Of a stretch of DNA of 64,000 nt, positions 9,736 to 18,739 are shown piece by piece. This DNA comes from a virus: positions 4,897-68,896 of IMG/VR virus record IMGVR_UViG_3300037222_000038. One strand, written 5' to 3'. The notes below the pieces were generated by a model. The model ran no database searches, was not told the origin of the DNA, and saw only the letters and a list, made by a program, of their open reading frames with translations. The position numbers and the translations under genes are program-made. The stretch's first letter is position 1, and each line of letters begins with the position of its first letter.

Positions 9736-10100
9736 ACACAGAACAGGCAACTGGCGTTACTCCAGACGACATGATCGCTGCCGGGTATGTGCGATACGAT
9801 CAGAGCGGACCTTGCCATAAGCACGCCGACTGCATTTATTCCACGACGGTTCGCGGCGAGGGCAAGAAACTGTATTTTCTGCACGCCTACTATTACGACC
9901 GCACCAAACGATCCGGAGACGAGGTATTCGACTGGCCGCATGGATGGGTTGTCGAGGCTTGCTTTTTCCTTGAGGACGGAACGTATTTCGATGTGGGCCA
10001 CAACAGCCTGAACGAACTCGGCATCAAGGAAATGGAACGCTTTTATGCCGAGATTTACGAAGTGTTGCATTGTGTTCCGGACATCCACAACAACGACTGA
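9732..10100 (+). CDS. Hypothetical protein
   Basis: GTGA coupling. Confidence 0.65.
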   Translation: MNTEQATGVTPDDMIAAGYVRYDQSGPCHKHADCIYSTTVRGEGKKLYFLHAYYYDRTKRSGDEVFDWPHGWVVEACFFLEDGTYFDVGHNSLNELGIKEMERFYAEIYEVLHCVPDIHNND

Positions 10101-10132
10101 GTGAAATCAAGGCGGGAAGGAGAATCGAAGCC

Positions 10133-10354
10133 ATGAAGAAACCCAAGACACCGAAGCCGATCAGGGGATGGTGCGTTGTCGGCAAATATTCAGGTATTCA
10201 CTGGAGCACGTTCGCATTAACGCGAAAGGAGTCAATCAGCGTCGGGGAACAAAACAACTGCGGCGTCTGGAGTAATATGCGCAAGAACGGATTTTCCGTC
10301 CAGCAATTCGATCTGGTCCCCGTCAAGGCTAAGAGAAAGGTGAAGCGATCGTGA
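10133..10354 (+). CDS. Hypothetical basic protein
   Basis: AAGGAG RBS. Confidence 0.6.
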   Translation: MKKPKTPKPIRGWCVVGKYSGIHWSTFALTRKESISVGEQNNCGVWSNMRKNGFSVQQFDLVPVKAKRKVKRS

Positions 10355-10530
10355 GCGATCAAGGCGTGTCGATCCCGTTTTTTTGTGCCGCAATCCGCGT
10401 TCTGGAAAGGGAGCACGGAAAGAAAATGGTTGGTGAAAATGCGGAAGAATTCAGGGCTGCTTTGGCTCGCGCCGAAGCAATCATGAAGGACTGGCCACCT
10501 GCCGAAAAGAAGCGAAAGGCTAAGAAATGA
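10351..10530 (+). CDS. Small hypothetical protein (59 aa)
   Basis: Coupled both sides, MSDQGVSIPFF... Confidence 0.55.
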   Translation: MSDQGVSIPFFCAAIRVLEREHGKKMVGENAEEFRAALARAEAIMKDWPPAEKKRKAKK

Positions 10531-10724
10531 GCGTCACAATCACACTGATCGAGAGGGACTACAAGCCGAAGCATATTGTTCTCGATCGAATTCCGTGCAT
10601 CCATGAGGACATCATTCTGGCCGGCATGGAGTATCACATTACGTCGGTGAGGCACATAGCCGACTTAATTCCGGCGAGTGCGGAAGTCCGTGTGACGCGG
10701 TTTGGGAAGGGGGAACCGGAATGA
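10527..10724 (+). CDS. Hypothetical protein
   Basis: ATGA coupling. Confidence 0.6.
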   Translation: MSVTITLIERDYKPKHIVLDRIPCIHEDIILAGMEYHITSVRHIADLIPASAEVRVTRFGKGEPE

Positions 10725-10817
10725 GCGAGCATCAACGCTGGTTCTGGCGCATGGATTCACGGCAGCGGCATTGCACGCAAGGCACGTATGCCGCGGACTA
10801 TTTCTGGAACGACTGAT

Positions 10818-11069
10818 ATGACCCAAACCCCCAACATACAAAAGCTGATAACGCACAAGATGGCGCTCATCATGTGCCCGGCAGACGCTGGAATCGGTGC
10901 CGCATTGAACTCACTGGCGAAGGCCGGAAACATCGGTGCCGTGTGTCGCGAGGCCACGGCATGGGTCGAGAGCGTGATAGCGTTGGTCAAAACAGCACCG
11001 GACAATCCGTACCAGAGTGACGACGAGATTGCCGGTGCGATACTCAAGGTACTTCAAGAGAGAAAGTAG
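10818..11069 (+). CDS. Hypothetical protein
   Basis: ORF in operon. Confidence 0.6.
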   Translation: MTQTPNIQKLITHKMALIMCPADAGIGAALNSLAKAGNIGAVCREATAWVESVIALVKTAPDNPYQSDDEIAGAILKVLQERK

Positions 11070-11078
11070 GAGCGAGCG

Positions 11079-11456
11079 GTGGCTTCAAGAAAGTTTCGTG
11101 TCAGTAAACAGTGCTTTCATCCCGGCTGCGATCATTCGGCAATCTGGGAATTCGATTCGAGAAAGGCGTACCTGAACTCGCATGAATTCAGGTTGTACGA
11201 GAAGGGCCACGCTCCCTACTTCTGCGCCAAACACTCTCGCGGAAACGGCGTGTTATCGGCATCGAATCTATTCGCTGAATGGATCTCGGAACCTTCACGG
11301 CCAATGGAGAAATATCCAGAGGATCCGTACCTCAGTTTTGGTTCGCAGGGAATCATCTTCGGTCCCGGATTCGCTGCTGAAGGGTGCGACTTCCCGACTG
11401 GAACGCGAATCAAGGTGACTGCCGAAGTGCTCTTGCCGGAGACCGATCATGTGTGA
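11079..11456 (+). CDS. Hypothetical Cys/His protein
   Basis: AGGAG RBS; CFHPGC...FCAKH. Confidence 0.65.
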   Translation: MASRKFRVSKQCFHPGCDHSAIWEFDSRKAYLNSHEFRLYEKGHAPYFCAKHSRGNGVLSASNLFAEWISEPSRPMEKYPEDPYLSFGSQGIIFGPGFAAEGCDFPTGTRIKVTAEVLLPETDHV

Positions 11457-11883
11457 ATGCGGCTGCGTCGGCAACGACAATAAATACCTATTCCCCGGAC
11501 CCGGCAATACGCACTACGTACTGACGCTTCACGGCGGCTGTATCGAATGCGAATCGCCTTCCGGGTTCACAATCGAGCGTGTCGATTCAACGAATGTGCT
11601 CTGGGAAGAGTTCAATCGCGGCGAGTTCTTGACTGGCAATCTGGCGTTCGCCAAGTGGCCCGACAGCGTGGGCGTGGCGTTCATCACCGGCATGTTGCGA
11701 CCCGAATTCATCGAGGCCACGAAGTCGCACCTGATCGGCATCGACTCGAAAGACTTCGCTAACGACGCCGACAAACGCAGCCGTGATATCGACGAATACG
11801 GAGCCGAGGCGATCCTTGAAGAGATGTACGAAGACGCACAGACGAAACCCCGATTAGTGGAGCCCAGCGATGGCACTATCTAG
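11449..11883 (+). CDS. Hypothetical protein
   Basis: GGAG RBS; MCECGC...CIEC. Confidence 0.65.
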   Translation: MCECGCVGNDNKYLFPGPGNTHYVLTLHGGCIECESPSGFTIERVDSTNVLWEEFNRGEFLTGNLAFAKWPDSVGVAFITGMLRPEFIEATKSHLIGIDSKDFANDADKRSRDIDEYGAEAILEEMYEDAQTKPRLVEPSDGTI

Positions 11884-11922
11884 AACAAATTGGTGGCCGA
11901 ACAAATCATGGGAGTGGTGGCA

Positions 11923-12180
11923 ATGACCATCGTCGAATCCCAGTCCGATTCCCTGATCCATCTGACTACACCAGGCTCGACAACAGCCCTGTGCGGCAAG
12001 ACATGGCATCGCCCGCTACCGCACATCCCGCTGCACCTGTTCGGCGTCGTCGAGCTGCTGGAAGACGGCACGCCAGACATGCCGTGGTGTCCAGCGTGCA
12101 CGCGGAAGCACAGGCCGAGCGGAAACGCTTTGTATCACAAGCACCTGAAGACGATGCGAGAAAAGGGAGTTGTGCAGTAA
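11923..12180 (+). CDS. Small zinc-binding hypothetical protein
   Basis: H...LCG...CPAC. Confidence 0.6.
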   Translation: MTIVESQSDSLIHLTTPGSTTALCGKTWHRPLPHIPLHLFGVVELLEDGTPDMPWCPACTRKHRPSGNALYHKHLKTMREKGVVQ

Positions 12181-12548
12181 TGCCCGGACGAATCGTGATG
12201 AAGGCCCGCTGGAAGAACGCCAGCCGCAAACGCGGGGAAATGAACAAGCTCGAATTAGCCTACAGCCAAGAGCTTGCGTATCGAAAACAGGCCGGGACCA
12301 TCGTTGATTGGCGTCACGAACTATTTAAGCTGCGGCTGGCGGACAACACGACATTGACGGTTGACTTCGTGGTGTTCACAAATGACGGGTTCATCGAGCT
12401 TCACGATTGCAAGGGGAGCTTTTTTCCTGAACACAATAAAATCAAATGGAAGGTCGCAATTGAGCAATGTCCGTGGTTCACGTTCGTGCTGGTGCGCCAG
12501 AGAGCCAAGAAAAACGGCGGCGGATTTGAGTATGAGAGGTTTGAATGA
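12180..12548 (+). CDS. DUF1064-like PD-(D/E)XK endonuclease
   Basis: MNKLELAY...VDFVV...ELHDCKG...IKWK. Confidence 0.75.
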   Translation: MPGRIVMKARWKNASRKRGEMNKLELAYSQELAYRKQAGTIVDWRHELFKLRLADNTTLTVDFVVFTNDGFIELHDCKGSFFPEHNKIKWKVAIEQCPWFTFVLVRQRAKKNGGGFEYERFE

Positions 12549-12566
12549 AGGATGCCATTTTTAGGC

Positions 12567-12588
12567 ACTGACATACTTGAAGCAGAAC
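12567..12588 (+). repeat. 22-bp repeat, left copy 2
   Basis: actgacatacttgaagcagaac, ends 10 nt before the MTase ATG. Confidence 0.95.
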
Positions 12589-12598
12589 ACGGAAAAAC

Positions 12599-13357
12599 AT
12601 GACGCAAAATGAAACACTAACCTTTGGATCACTGTTTGCAGGAATAGGAGGATTCGATCTTGGACTTGAACGCTCCGGGATGCGGTGCCGCTGGCAGGTC
12701 GAGATCGACCCGTTCGCGCAATCAGTCATCGCAAAGCACTGGCCAGACGTTGGACAATGGGACGACGTGCGCACCTTTCCGCCGCATCCCGCCTCCGATT
12801 GGGCCGTCGATGTCATTTGCGGCGGATTCCCGTGTACAGACATCAGCCAGGCCGGAGGTAAGTCAGGAATTGATGGAGAAATGTCAGGACTTTGGGCCGA
12901 GTATCGGAGAATCATTCTCGAGATTCGACCCAGAGTCGCGATTGTGGAAAACGTCTCAGCGATCACTTCTCGAGGATTGGATAGAGTTCTCGGGGATCTG
13001 GCCGAGATCGGGTTTGATGCGGTCTGGCACTGTATACCGGCTACGGCCGTTGGCGCGCCGATTGGAGGATGGGGACGAGATCGGATCTGGATTGTGGCCG
13101 TGCCCAACAGCGGAGGATGCAAGCGGCAGGGGCTATCACGGGGATTTGAATGGAAAGTATTACGCAGCTTTGCCGGGAGCGGTGGCGGTGTCGCTCGGCT
13201 ACCCGATTCAGCATCCGATCACTGGGAAAATGAACCCGACGTGGGTCGAGTGGCTGTTGGGGTTCCCGACAGAATGGACCGCATCAGGTGTCTCGGAAAC
13301 TCGGTAGTTCCACAAGTTGCGGAATGGATAGGACGCCGCATTTTGCAACACAAATGA
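12599..13357 (+). CDS. DNA (cytosine-5) methyltransferase, main polypeptide
   Basis: Motifs I FAGIGG, IV GFPC, VI ENV, VIII RDRIWIVA, X LGNSVVP; no motif IX in this frame. Confidence 0.93.
   Translation: MTQNETLTFGSLFAGIGGFDLGLERSGMRCRWQVEIDPFAQSVIAKHWPDVGQWDDVRTFPPHPASDWAVDVICGGFPCTDISQAGGKSGIDGEMSGLWAEYRRIILEIRPRVAIVENVSAITSRGLDRVLGDLAEIGFDAVWHCIPATAVGAPIGGWGRDRIWIVAVPNSGGCKRQGLSRGFEWKVLRSFAGSGGGVARLPDSASDHWENEPDVGRVAVGVPDRMDRIRCLGNSVVPQVAEWIGRRILQHK
12810..13307 (+). CDS. Overlapping-frame second polypeptide of the C5 MTase (motif IX carrier); start uncertain
   Basis: +1 frame open 12660-13307, ends MNPTWVEWLLGFPTEWT; possible ATGs at 12810 and 12873. Confidence 0.65.
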   Translation: MSFAADSRVQTSARPEVSQELMEKCQDFGPSIGESFSRFDPESRLWKTSQRSLLEDWIEFSGIWPRSGLMRSGTVYRLRPLARRLEDGDEIGSGLWPCPTAEDASGRGYHGDLNGKYYAALPGAVAVSLGYPIQHPITGKMNPTWVEWLLGFPTEWTASGVSETR

Positions 13358-13359
13358 AA

Positions 13360-13381
13360 GTTCTGGTTCAAGTATGTCAGT
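13360..13381 (-). repeat. 22-bp repeat, inverted right copy 2
   Basis: gttctggttcaagtatgtcagt, 1 mismatch; 2 nt after MTase stop. Confidence 0.95.
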
Positions 13382-13595
13382 ACCTTACGATGACATCAAG
13401 CAGGCGATTAGTGACGCGCCGCAAACATTCCTGCCTGCATTATTGGCAAATTGTGTCGAGGCGTGCATCGACAAGAAGGTATTTCGTGACAACTCGTCAA
13501 TTGAGAAATTCGTATCCAGTGTGATTCAAAAGACCGTATTAAATCGGCGAGCAAGTCGGTCTATCCAGACACTCGACGGCGATCCAGCCGGTTAA
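13374..13595 (+). CDS. Hypothetical protein
   Basis: ATG lies inside the right repeat. Confidence 0.5.
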   Translation: MSVPYDDIKQAISDAPQTFLPALLANCVEACIDKKVFRDNSSIEKFVSSVIQKTVLNRRASRSIQTLDGDPAG

Positions 13596-13620
13596 ACGCT
13601 AACTTATCCGGAGAGCGGAT

Positions 13621-13839
13621 ATGACTGAACGCGAAATGGTAGACATGATTCGCGGCGACAGAAAACAATTGGCAGAGGCCAAGCGGTTGCGAAATCGAAG
13701 GCTCTATAACGAAATTGCGGAACGAATCGCATTCAACAAGTCACTTTCGTGTGACGGCAAGCTAGACAAATCTCGCCATCGTGAATTACTCGAAGCGATG
13801 AAGTTTGATTACGCCACCCACGACAACCCACAGGAGTAA
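13621..13839 (+). CDS. Hypothetical protein
   Basis: GGAGA RBS. Confidence 0.6.
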   Translation: MTEREMVDMIRGDRKQLAEAKRLRNRRLYNEIAERIAFNKSLSCDGKLDKSRHRELLEAMKFDYATHDNPQE

Positions 13840-13842
13840 CCA

Positions 13843-15018
13843 ATGCCTACCGCGTTCCCGTCCGCCGATCGGCGAATACTCGACAAAAGCGATTCCGAAA
13901 AAGCGGCGGCGTGGAGCGATGTGTTCGATGCCATTGAAACTGCATCACCAGGTTGGTTTATGGCTGAACCGATCGCTAGCGGTAGAGACCGTGCCATCGA
14001 GTTCATTAAGCAGGCGTCCGCCGATCGGCAGGAAGTCGAGCGGCTACAAGGACAAATGATTGAACTCGCAAAGGATGGTGCGGAAGAACGGATGCGGCTG
14101 GGCATTGAGATCAAGCGGCTGCGTCAGGTCGCTGAGGAGTGTGAGGGGAAGATTAGGGAAATCGTTGACTGTTGGGCGATCTTTGAATCCGGAACACAGT
14201 CAAGATCGCTTCTCGCAATCTCCGACCGACTCGCAGCGGTGCAGCCTGCCGAGAGCCAGACCGAAACCCAAGAGATCAAGAATGATCCGGAAACAATGGC
14301 CGCATTGAAGCGGAGTGACGAAGACGTGGCCGCTGGTCGAGTCGTGCCGTTCGAGGAGGTCAAGAGGCAGCTTGGGATCATGCCATCCGCAGAACGACTC
14401 ACGGCGGTGCAGCCTGAATACCCTGTCGCTGACTTCATCGCACCGATTTCGATGGAGCGGCGGAATTCCAAGAGCGTGCCACGCGCTGCCGGAGAGACGC
14501 TGGCCGATGCGCTAGAGGCAGCCTACATAGAGGCTGAATCAAAGGGCGTTGTTTTTATCAGCACGTTGCGTCCGATTTTGGCGCGTCACCTCGCCGGCCT
14601 CGAACTCCCTCCAGCCGTTCCCGCGGTGCCAGTCTCATCGTGGGAGCCTGCGGCTGCGATATGCGAGGATGTAGCCTTGCGAACGTCTATCAATCCGAGA
14701 ACCCTCTTGCGAGAAGCCGCCGCGGAGATCCGCAAGCTGCCGGTCGCGGGCGGGAAGCGGAGCGAACAGCGTTGGGGAATCGTGCGAGACGGAAAATTCG
14801 TGTGCTTCAAGGGCATGGCGTGTAATGATCCGTCCGCATTGATAACGCTGTCGTGGGATGATCCCGCAGCCCCGGAGCCTGCGAAGGAGCCGTTCGACGT
14901 GAAGGCTGCGCGAACTCGTCTCGGCGACGAATACGAGCGCGGAAGCATTCAGGGAATGGCGGAAGTCTGCCAAGAGGCATTTGCTGAAATCGAGAGACTG
15001 AGATTGAATACCCCTTGA
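13843..15018 (+). CDS. Mosaic hypothetical protein with coiled-coil and antitoxin-like insert
   Basis: AGGAG RBS, 391 aa; internal direct repeats 14227-14248 and 14395-14416. Confidence 0.7.
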   Translation: MPTAFPSADRRILDKSDSEKAAAWSDVFDAIETASPGWFMAEPIASGRDRAIEFIKQASADRQEVERLQGQMIELAKDGAEERMRLGIEIKRLRQVAEECEGKIREIVDCWAIFESGTQSRSLLAISDRLAAVQPAESQTETQEIKNDPETMAALKRSDEDVAAGRVVPFEEVKRQLGIMPSAERLTAVQPEYPVADFIAPISMERRNSKSVPRAAGETLADALEAAYIEAESKGVVFISTLRPILARHLAGLELPPAVPAVPVSSWEPAAAICEDVALRTSINPRTLLREAAAEIRKLPVAGGKRSEQRWGIVRDGKFVCFKGMACNDPSALITLSWDDPAAPEPAKEPFDVKAARTRLGDEYERGSIQGMAEVCQEAFAEIERLRLNTP

Positions 15019-15267
15019 CCCGCGAGCAGGCTGTCCTAGGCCACCGCGCTCAATTAGGAATCCGTTGAATGACCGCCGAAGTCCCGGTTATCAGCCAGCG
15101 CAGCTTCATGCGGCGTGCGGAAATGGGCAGCGGGTTGAGGTTTTTTTAGACGACAATCGAGTCAGGGATGCACGAGTATCCGGCAGAGAAACATTGACTT
15201 TCGCTTCCCAAAGTGCGAAGCTAGCCGTCGATTCCAGAGTTATGACAGCTCTAAACAGGTGCCAACG

Positions 15268-15546
15268 ATGGCCCGAACACTCGCGCAATATCCCGATTCC
15301 GTCGATCCCGATGAGGACGACGACGACACGGACGTTGACGCTGCGCCCATCCAGAAGGTCTATCGCCAGACGTTTCAGGATGGCCAGAACGAGCGCGTAA
15401 CCGTCATGCGTCAGAGATACCGCAAGGGGCTGGACCTGTTTACCGGGAAGCCACTCGACGCCAAGGCGAAGTCCGAGTTGCGAGAAGTCAGAGCCAATCA
15501 TTGCGGCGGGAATGCGCCGCGAAACAAGCCGCAAAGGACTGCATGA
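15268..15546 (+). CDS. Hypothetical protein
   Basis: RVTVMRQRYRKGLDLF; first gene after intergenic gap. Confidence 0.6.
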   Translation: MARTLAQYPDSVDPDEDDDDTDVDAAPIQKVYRQTFQDGQNERVTVMRQRYRKGLDLFTGKPLDAKAKSELREVRANHCGGNAPRNKPQRTA

Positions 15547-15549
15547 ACC

Positions 15550-15828
15550 ATGCCGCAAGACTGGTTTCAGATGGTGATTACGGTCGGAGGGATCGTGGTC
15601 GCCGCCATCGTGCAATCATTCTGGATTGGCAAAAAATTCGGCGACTTACGGTCTGACATCCGATCGCTGGCAGAAGAGAACGAACATTGCAACAGGGATC
15701 GTCACTCGATTCGCGGGCATCAACAGGCAATCAGCAGCAAGGTTGAATTGCACTCGATCGAATTGGCGACACTGAAGGCGCAGGCGCCGACGTGGCGGTT
15801 GCACAAAGAAACCGGAGGCGGATCGTGA
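15550..15828 (+). CDS. Membrane-anchored coiled-coil protein, holin-like
   Basis: One N-terminal hydrophobic helix then heptad region. Confidence 0.5.
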   Translation: MPQDWFQMVITVGGIVVAAIVQSFWIGKKFGDLRSDIRSLAEENEHCNRDRHSIRGHQQAISSKVELHSIELATLKAQAPTWRLHKETGGGS

Positions 15829-16064
15829 GTCAGTGGTTCGATTTTGGCTACGGCCCGAAAGAGTTCAAGCGTGATGTTCACGTCGCTTGGGTCGTCGTGT
15901 CTGCCTACCTGATCGTCAGGTTGCCGCAGTGGCAATCGTTCACGCCCGAGAAGTTCAAACAGGATTGCATCGACCTCGCTGTCATCGCGGTCGTCGCCGT
16001 GCTCAAAAGCTGGTCGATGCGGACGCCGACCGATCAGCCGTCATCGAATGTTCCTCCGGGATAA
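15825..16064 (+). CDS. Small two-helix membrane protein, holin-like
   Basis: Two hydrophobic stretches; GGAGG RBS. Confidence 0.45.
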   Translation: MSQWFDFGYGPKEFKRDVHVAWVVVSAYLIVRLPQWQSFTPEKFKQDCIDLAVIAVVAVLKSWSMRTPTDQPSSNVPPG

Positions 16065-16069
16065 ATGCC

Positions 16070-17425
16070 ATGACCAAAACTGCTCCAGAAGTCGCATTGA
16101 TTATTGCAGGCATGATTTGCCTTCATGCTGGCGAGGAAATCTCGCTGAGTGAAATCAAAAAAAGACTACAGAAGATTGAGTATTCTGTAGTCGCAAGTGC
16201 GCATGTTCCGCTGGCTGCCGAGAAGATGCCCGCTCACGCCTGGGCGACTGCCCGCATGGAGAATGGCCCCTATTGGTGTTCAACGACGTCGATCAGCAAG
16301 GGACCGAAGTACGGCCTAGTGCTCGGCTGCGGCCATTGCGTTGACGGGCATGTCGGCGGCGTGTGCACGCTCAATCGGCCGGACGGGTCGAAGTGCAAAG
16401 CCGAACTGATCGACTTCCATCATCAGGCCACGGAAGACGACGCCGATTTGTCGTTGTTCAGGATTGCGGCGTCAGACGTGATTGCCTTCACGCAAGTCCC
16501 GGAAGAAATGCCCAAGGCAGCGCCGATTTCGTACGACGTTATCGGCTATCCGCGGGGGCAGGGGCCGATCTATTTGCCGCTCGATACGCCGGGCAGCTAT
16601 GGCAAAAAGATGTGGACGTTCCGCGTCAAGGGCGGGAAGGTGAATCACGGGAATTCAGGTTGCGGCGTGTTCGTCAACGGCATGTTGTGCGGCGTCACGC
16701 ATGGCGGGAACTCGGTTCCGATGAAGGCCGTGCCGCTGTCTGGTCAACTGATCGGCACGCACGTATTCTGCACGAACCACGAACAGATCAAGGTGTTTCT
16801 GAAGAAGAACCGGAAACACTTCGATGATTCGGGTAATCCGTTCTGCCCTGATGGGAAGTGCAATCCGCCGTCAGGATTCAACCCGACTCCGAATGTACCG
16901 CTGCCGCCCAAGCCGGAAGGAATTGACGATCCGCCAGCATTGGTTCCGGTGCCCGATCCGAAGTTCGCCGAAGTGCCGCCCCCGATTCCAGAGCCGCCCT
17001 ACAACGGCAAAGGCAAGCCGCCCCCCGATCTACGAACGCCCCGCGAACGCTCGGCAGCGATCGACCTGTTGCGCCACGAACAACTCGACGCCAGATTGAA
17101 GGCCGTGGAAGCGGCACTCGCCAAACTCCCGACCCATAGCGACCTCGCCTCGTTGCAGAGCCAGCTTGACCAGATCAAAGGACTGATTCCCGGTGGCTCC
17201 TCCGGTCCAGGCGATCGTGGTCCGCAGGGGCCGGCAGGGGCACCCGGTGCTCCGGGCATCGCTGGCAAGGATGGGGCACCCGGAAAAGATGTTGACCCGG
17301 CAGTGCTGGCAGCCATTCAGTCACGATTGACGGCGGTTGAAACCTTTCAGAAGAACCTCACGGGAGCACGACTTTCAGGCAACGTGCGAACCGTTCCGAA
17401 GCAGACCGCGGCGGTGTCGCCGTAG
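16070..17425 (+). CDS. Trypsin-like serine protease with Pro-rich linker and collagen-like repeat
   Basis: VLGCGHC, DLSL, GNSGCG triad; CPDGKC; Gly-X-Y run; hydrophobic N-terminus. Confidence 0.85.
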   Translation: MTKTAPEVALIIAGMICLHAGEEISLSEIKKRLQKIEYSVVASAHVPLAAEKMPAHAWATARMENGPYWCSTTSISKGPKYGLVLGCGHCVDGHVGGVCTLNRPDGSKCKAELIDFHHQATEDDADLSLFRIAASDVIAFTQVPEEMPKAAPISYDVIGYPRGQGPIYLPLDTPGSYGKKMWTFRVKGGKVNHGNSGCGVFVNGMLCGVTHGGNSVPMKAVPLSGQLIGTHVFCTNHEQIKVFLKKNRKHFDDSGNPFCPDGKCNPPSGFNPTPNVPLPPKPEGIDDPPALVPVPDPKFAEVPPPIPEPPYNGKGKPPPDLRTPRERSAAIDLLRHEQLDARLKAVEAALAKLPTHSDLASLQSQLDQIKGLIPGGSSGPGDRGPQGPAGAPGAPGIAGKDGAPGKDVDPAVLAAIQSRLTAVETFQKNLTGARLSGNVRTVPKQTAAVSP

Positions 17426-17455
17426 TATTTTTTCCTCGTAGTGGAGACCACGAAG

Positions 17456-17869
17456 ATGAAAGCCAAGTCGAAGTTGTTGTTTGTGTTGTCGTTATTGGTG
17501 GCGTTCTGTGCCGTGTGCCTTGTCACTGAAGACTATGGCAGTCTGGCGAACGTGCTGTGTGCCGCGCCCCTGATTGGTGCAACGATCGTCGATGACGTTG
17601 TTGCGGCACAGTTGAACTCGGCGATTGCCGCCGGAGTCAACACGAACATTTTGGGAGACGGACACGCTCGCGAACGCCTGCGAAGCTCGTTCGACCTGTT
17701 GAACCATTTCGCCAACGGAGCGATCGGCAACGTCATGTTGCAAGCCAGCCTGCCCACGCAGGACAGCGGCTTGAATGCGGCAATGCGGACGCCCGGCGAT
17801 GTCGGTCAGACCGGGAGCATTATCCCGACTGGAGCGGTTGCCGGCGGCGGTGTGGCGGCAAGCAAGTAA
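17456..17869 (+). CDS. Hypothetical protein with signal/TM segment
   Basis: MKAKSKLLFVLSLLVAF. Confidence 0.7.
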   Translation: MKAKSKLLFVLSLLVAFCAVCLVTEDYGSLANVLCAAPLIGATIVDDVVAAQLNSAIAAGVNTNILGDGHARERLRSSFDLLNHFANGAIGNVMLQASLPTQDSGLNAAMRTPGDVGQTGSIIPTGAVAGGGVAASK

Positions 17870-17900
17870 CCCCGTTTGAAAAGTAAGGGAGACCACGCCC

Positions 17901-18254
17901 ATGCCAACCCAAACGGATACGACAAACCCCACGAACGCCGACAGACTTGCCGGCGTCGTGGGTTCTTTACAGGGAATTGTAGCCCAGTTGCCGCAGTTCC
18001 GACCGACAGACCAAGCCGCTCAAAAAGTGTTCGATGCGATGTTCGCCGATTCGCTGACGCTGGTTTCGATGCTCTCGGCAGCGGCTGCCGTAGATCAGGC
18101 TCGGATCATCGCAGCGGAAGCGGTTGTACAGACTGCCAAGGATCAAGCGGCAGTCAATGCCGATGCCTTGGCAGCACGCTCGAAGCTCCGCGACCAGACT
18201 GACGCCGCCATGCTTCAGGCTTCGACAATCCCTTTCGGGAAGGGGGTGGCGTGA
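17901..18254 (+). CDS. Ala-rich helical hypothetical protein
   Basis: GGGGAG RBS. Confidence 0.7.
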   Translation: MPTQTDTTNPTNADRLAGVVGSLQGIVAQLPQFRPTDQAAQKVFDAMFADSLTLVSMLSAAAAVDQARIIAAEAVVQTAKDQAAVNADALAARSKLRDQTDAAMLQASTIPFGKGVA

Positions 18255-18739
18255 TGGCCAACGGACAAACAGCGCTGCCCCAAGCCGCCGTCGATGACTA
18301 CTGGGATGTGAGCGTTGGCGAATACGCGAAACGACAGGCGTTGTTCACGGCTGCGGTGGCACAGGCATACGGATTTCCGGCCTCGCCACCCGGAGGAATT
18401 ACCCGTAGCACGGTGACGAACCACAATTATGCCACGCCTGCACAGCCGGCCGCTGCGCCCACAACTCCGGCTGCCCCAAGTGAAACGACGCCGCCCTCAA
18501 GCACGTCACCTTCACCGGCAGCCGGGTTGTTATCGAGTCCTCTTGCCCAAGGGCTGCTGCTGGGCCTGGGCGGACCTGCACTGCTGGGGGCCGGTGCCCT
18601 CTTGCACAGTTCGGGGCTGTTCGGGAACAGCGGCACGCCAGCTACACCGCCGGTTGTGGCACCGATTCAACAGGCTGTTGACCTCGGGACGATTGGCCCC
18701 GATGGAAAATTTATCCCCCCCGCAGGAACCACGCCATGA
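18254..18739 (+). CDS. Pro/Thr-rich membrane protein
   Basis: Low-complexity linker then GLLLGLGGPALLGAGALL. Confidence 0.7.
   Translation: MANGQTALPQAAVDDYWDVSVGEYAKRQALFTAAVAQAYGFPASPPGGITRSTVTNHNYATPAQPAAAPTTPAAPSETTPPSSTSPSPAAGLLSSPLAQGLLLGLGGPALLGAGALLHSSGLFGNSGTPATPPVVAPIQQAVDLGTIGPDGKFIPPAGTTP

Noticed and set aside
6721-13381. The 22-bp repeats as a classical IS, composite transposon or integron
   Set aside because: No transposase or integron integrase, no clear target duplication, no attC-type hairpin; kept as an unclassified finding.
15090-15150. Terminator before the T-run near 15141-15147
   Set aside because: No compact strong stem directly before the T-run.
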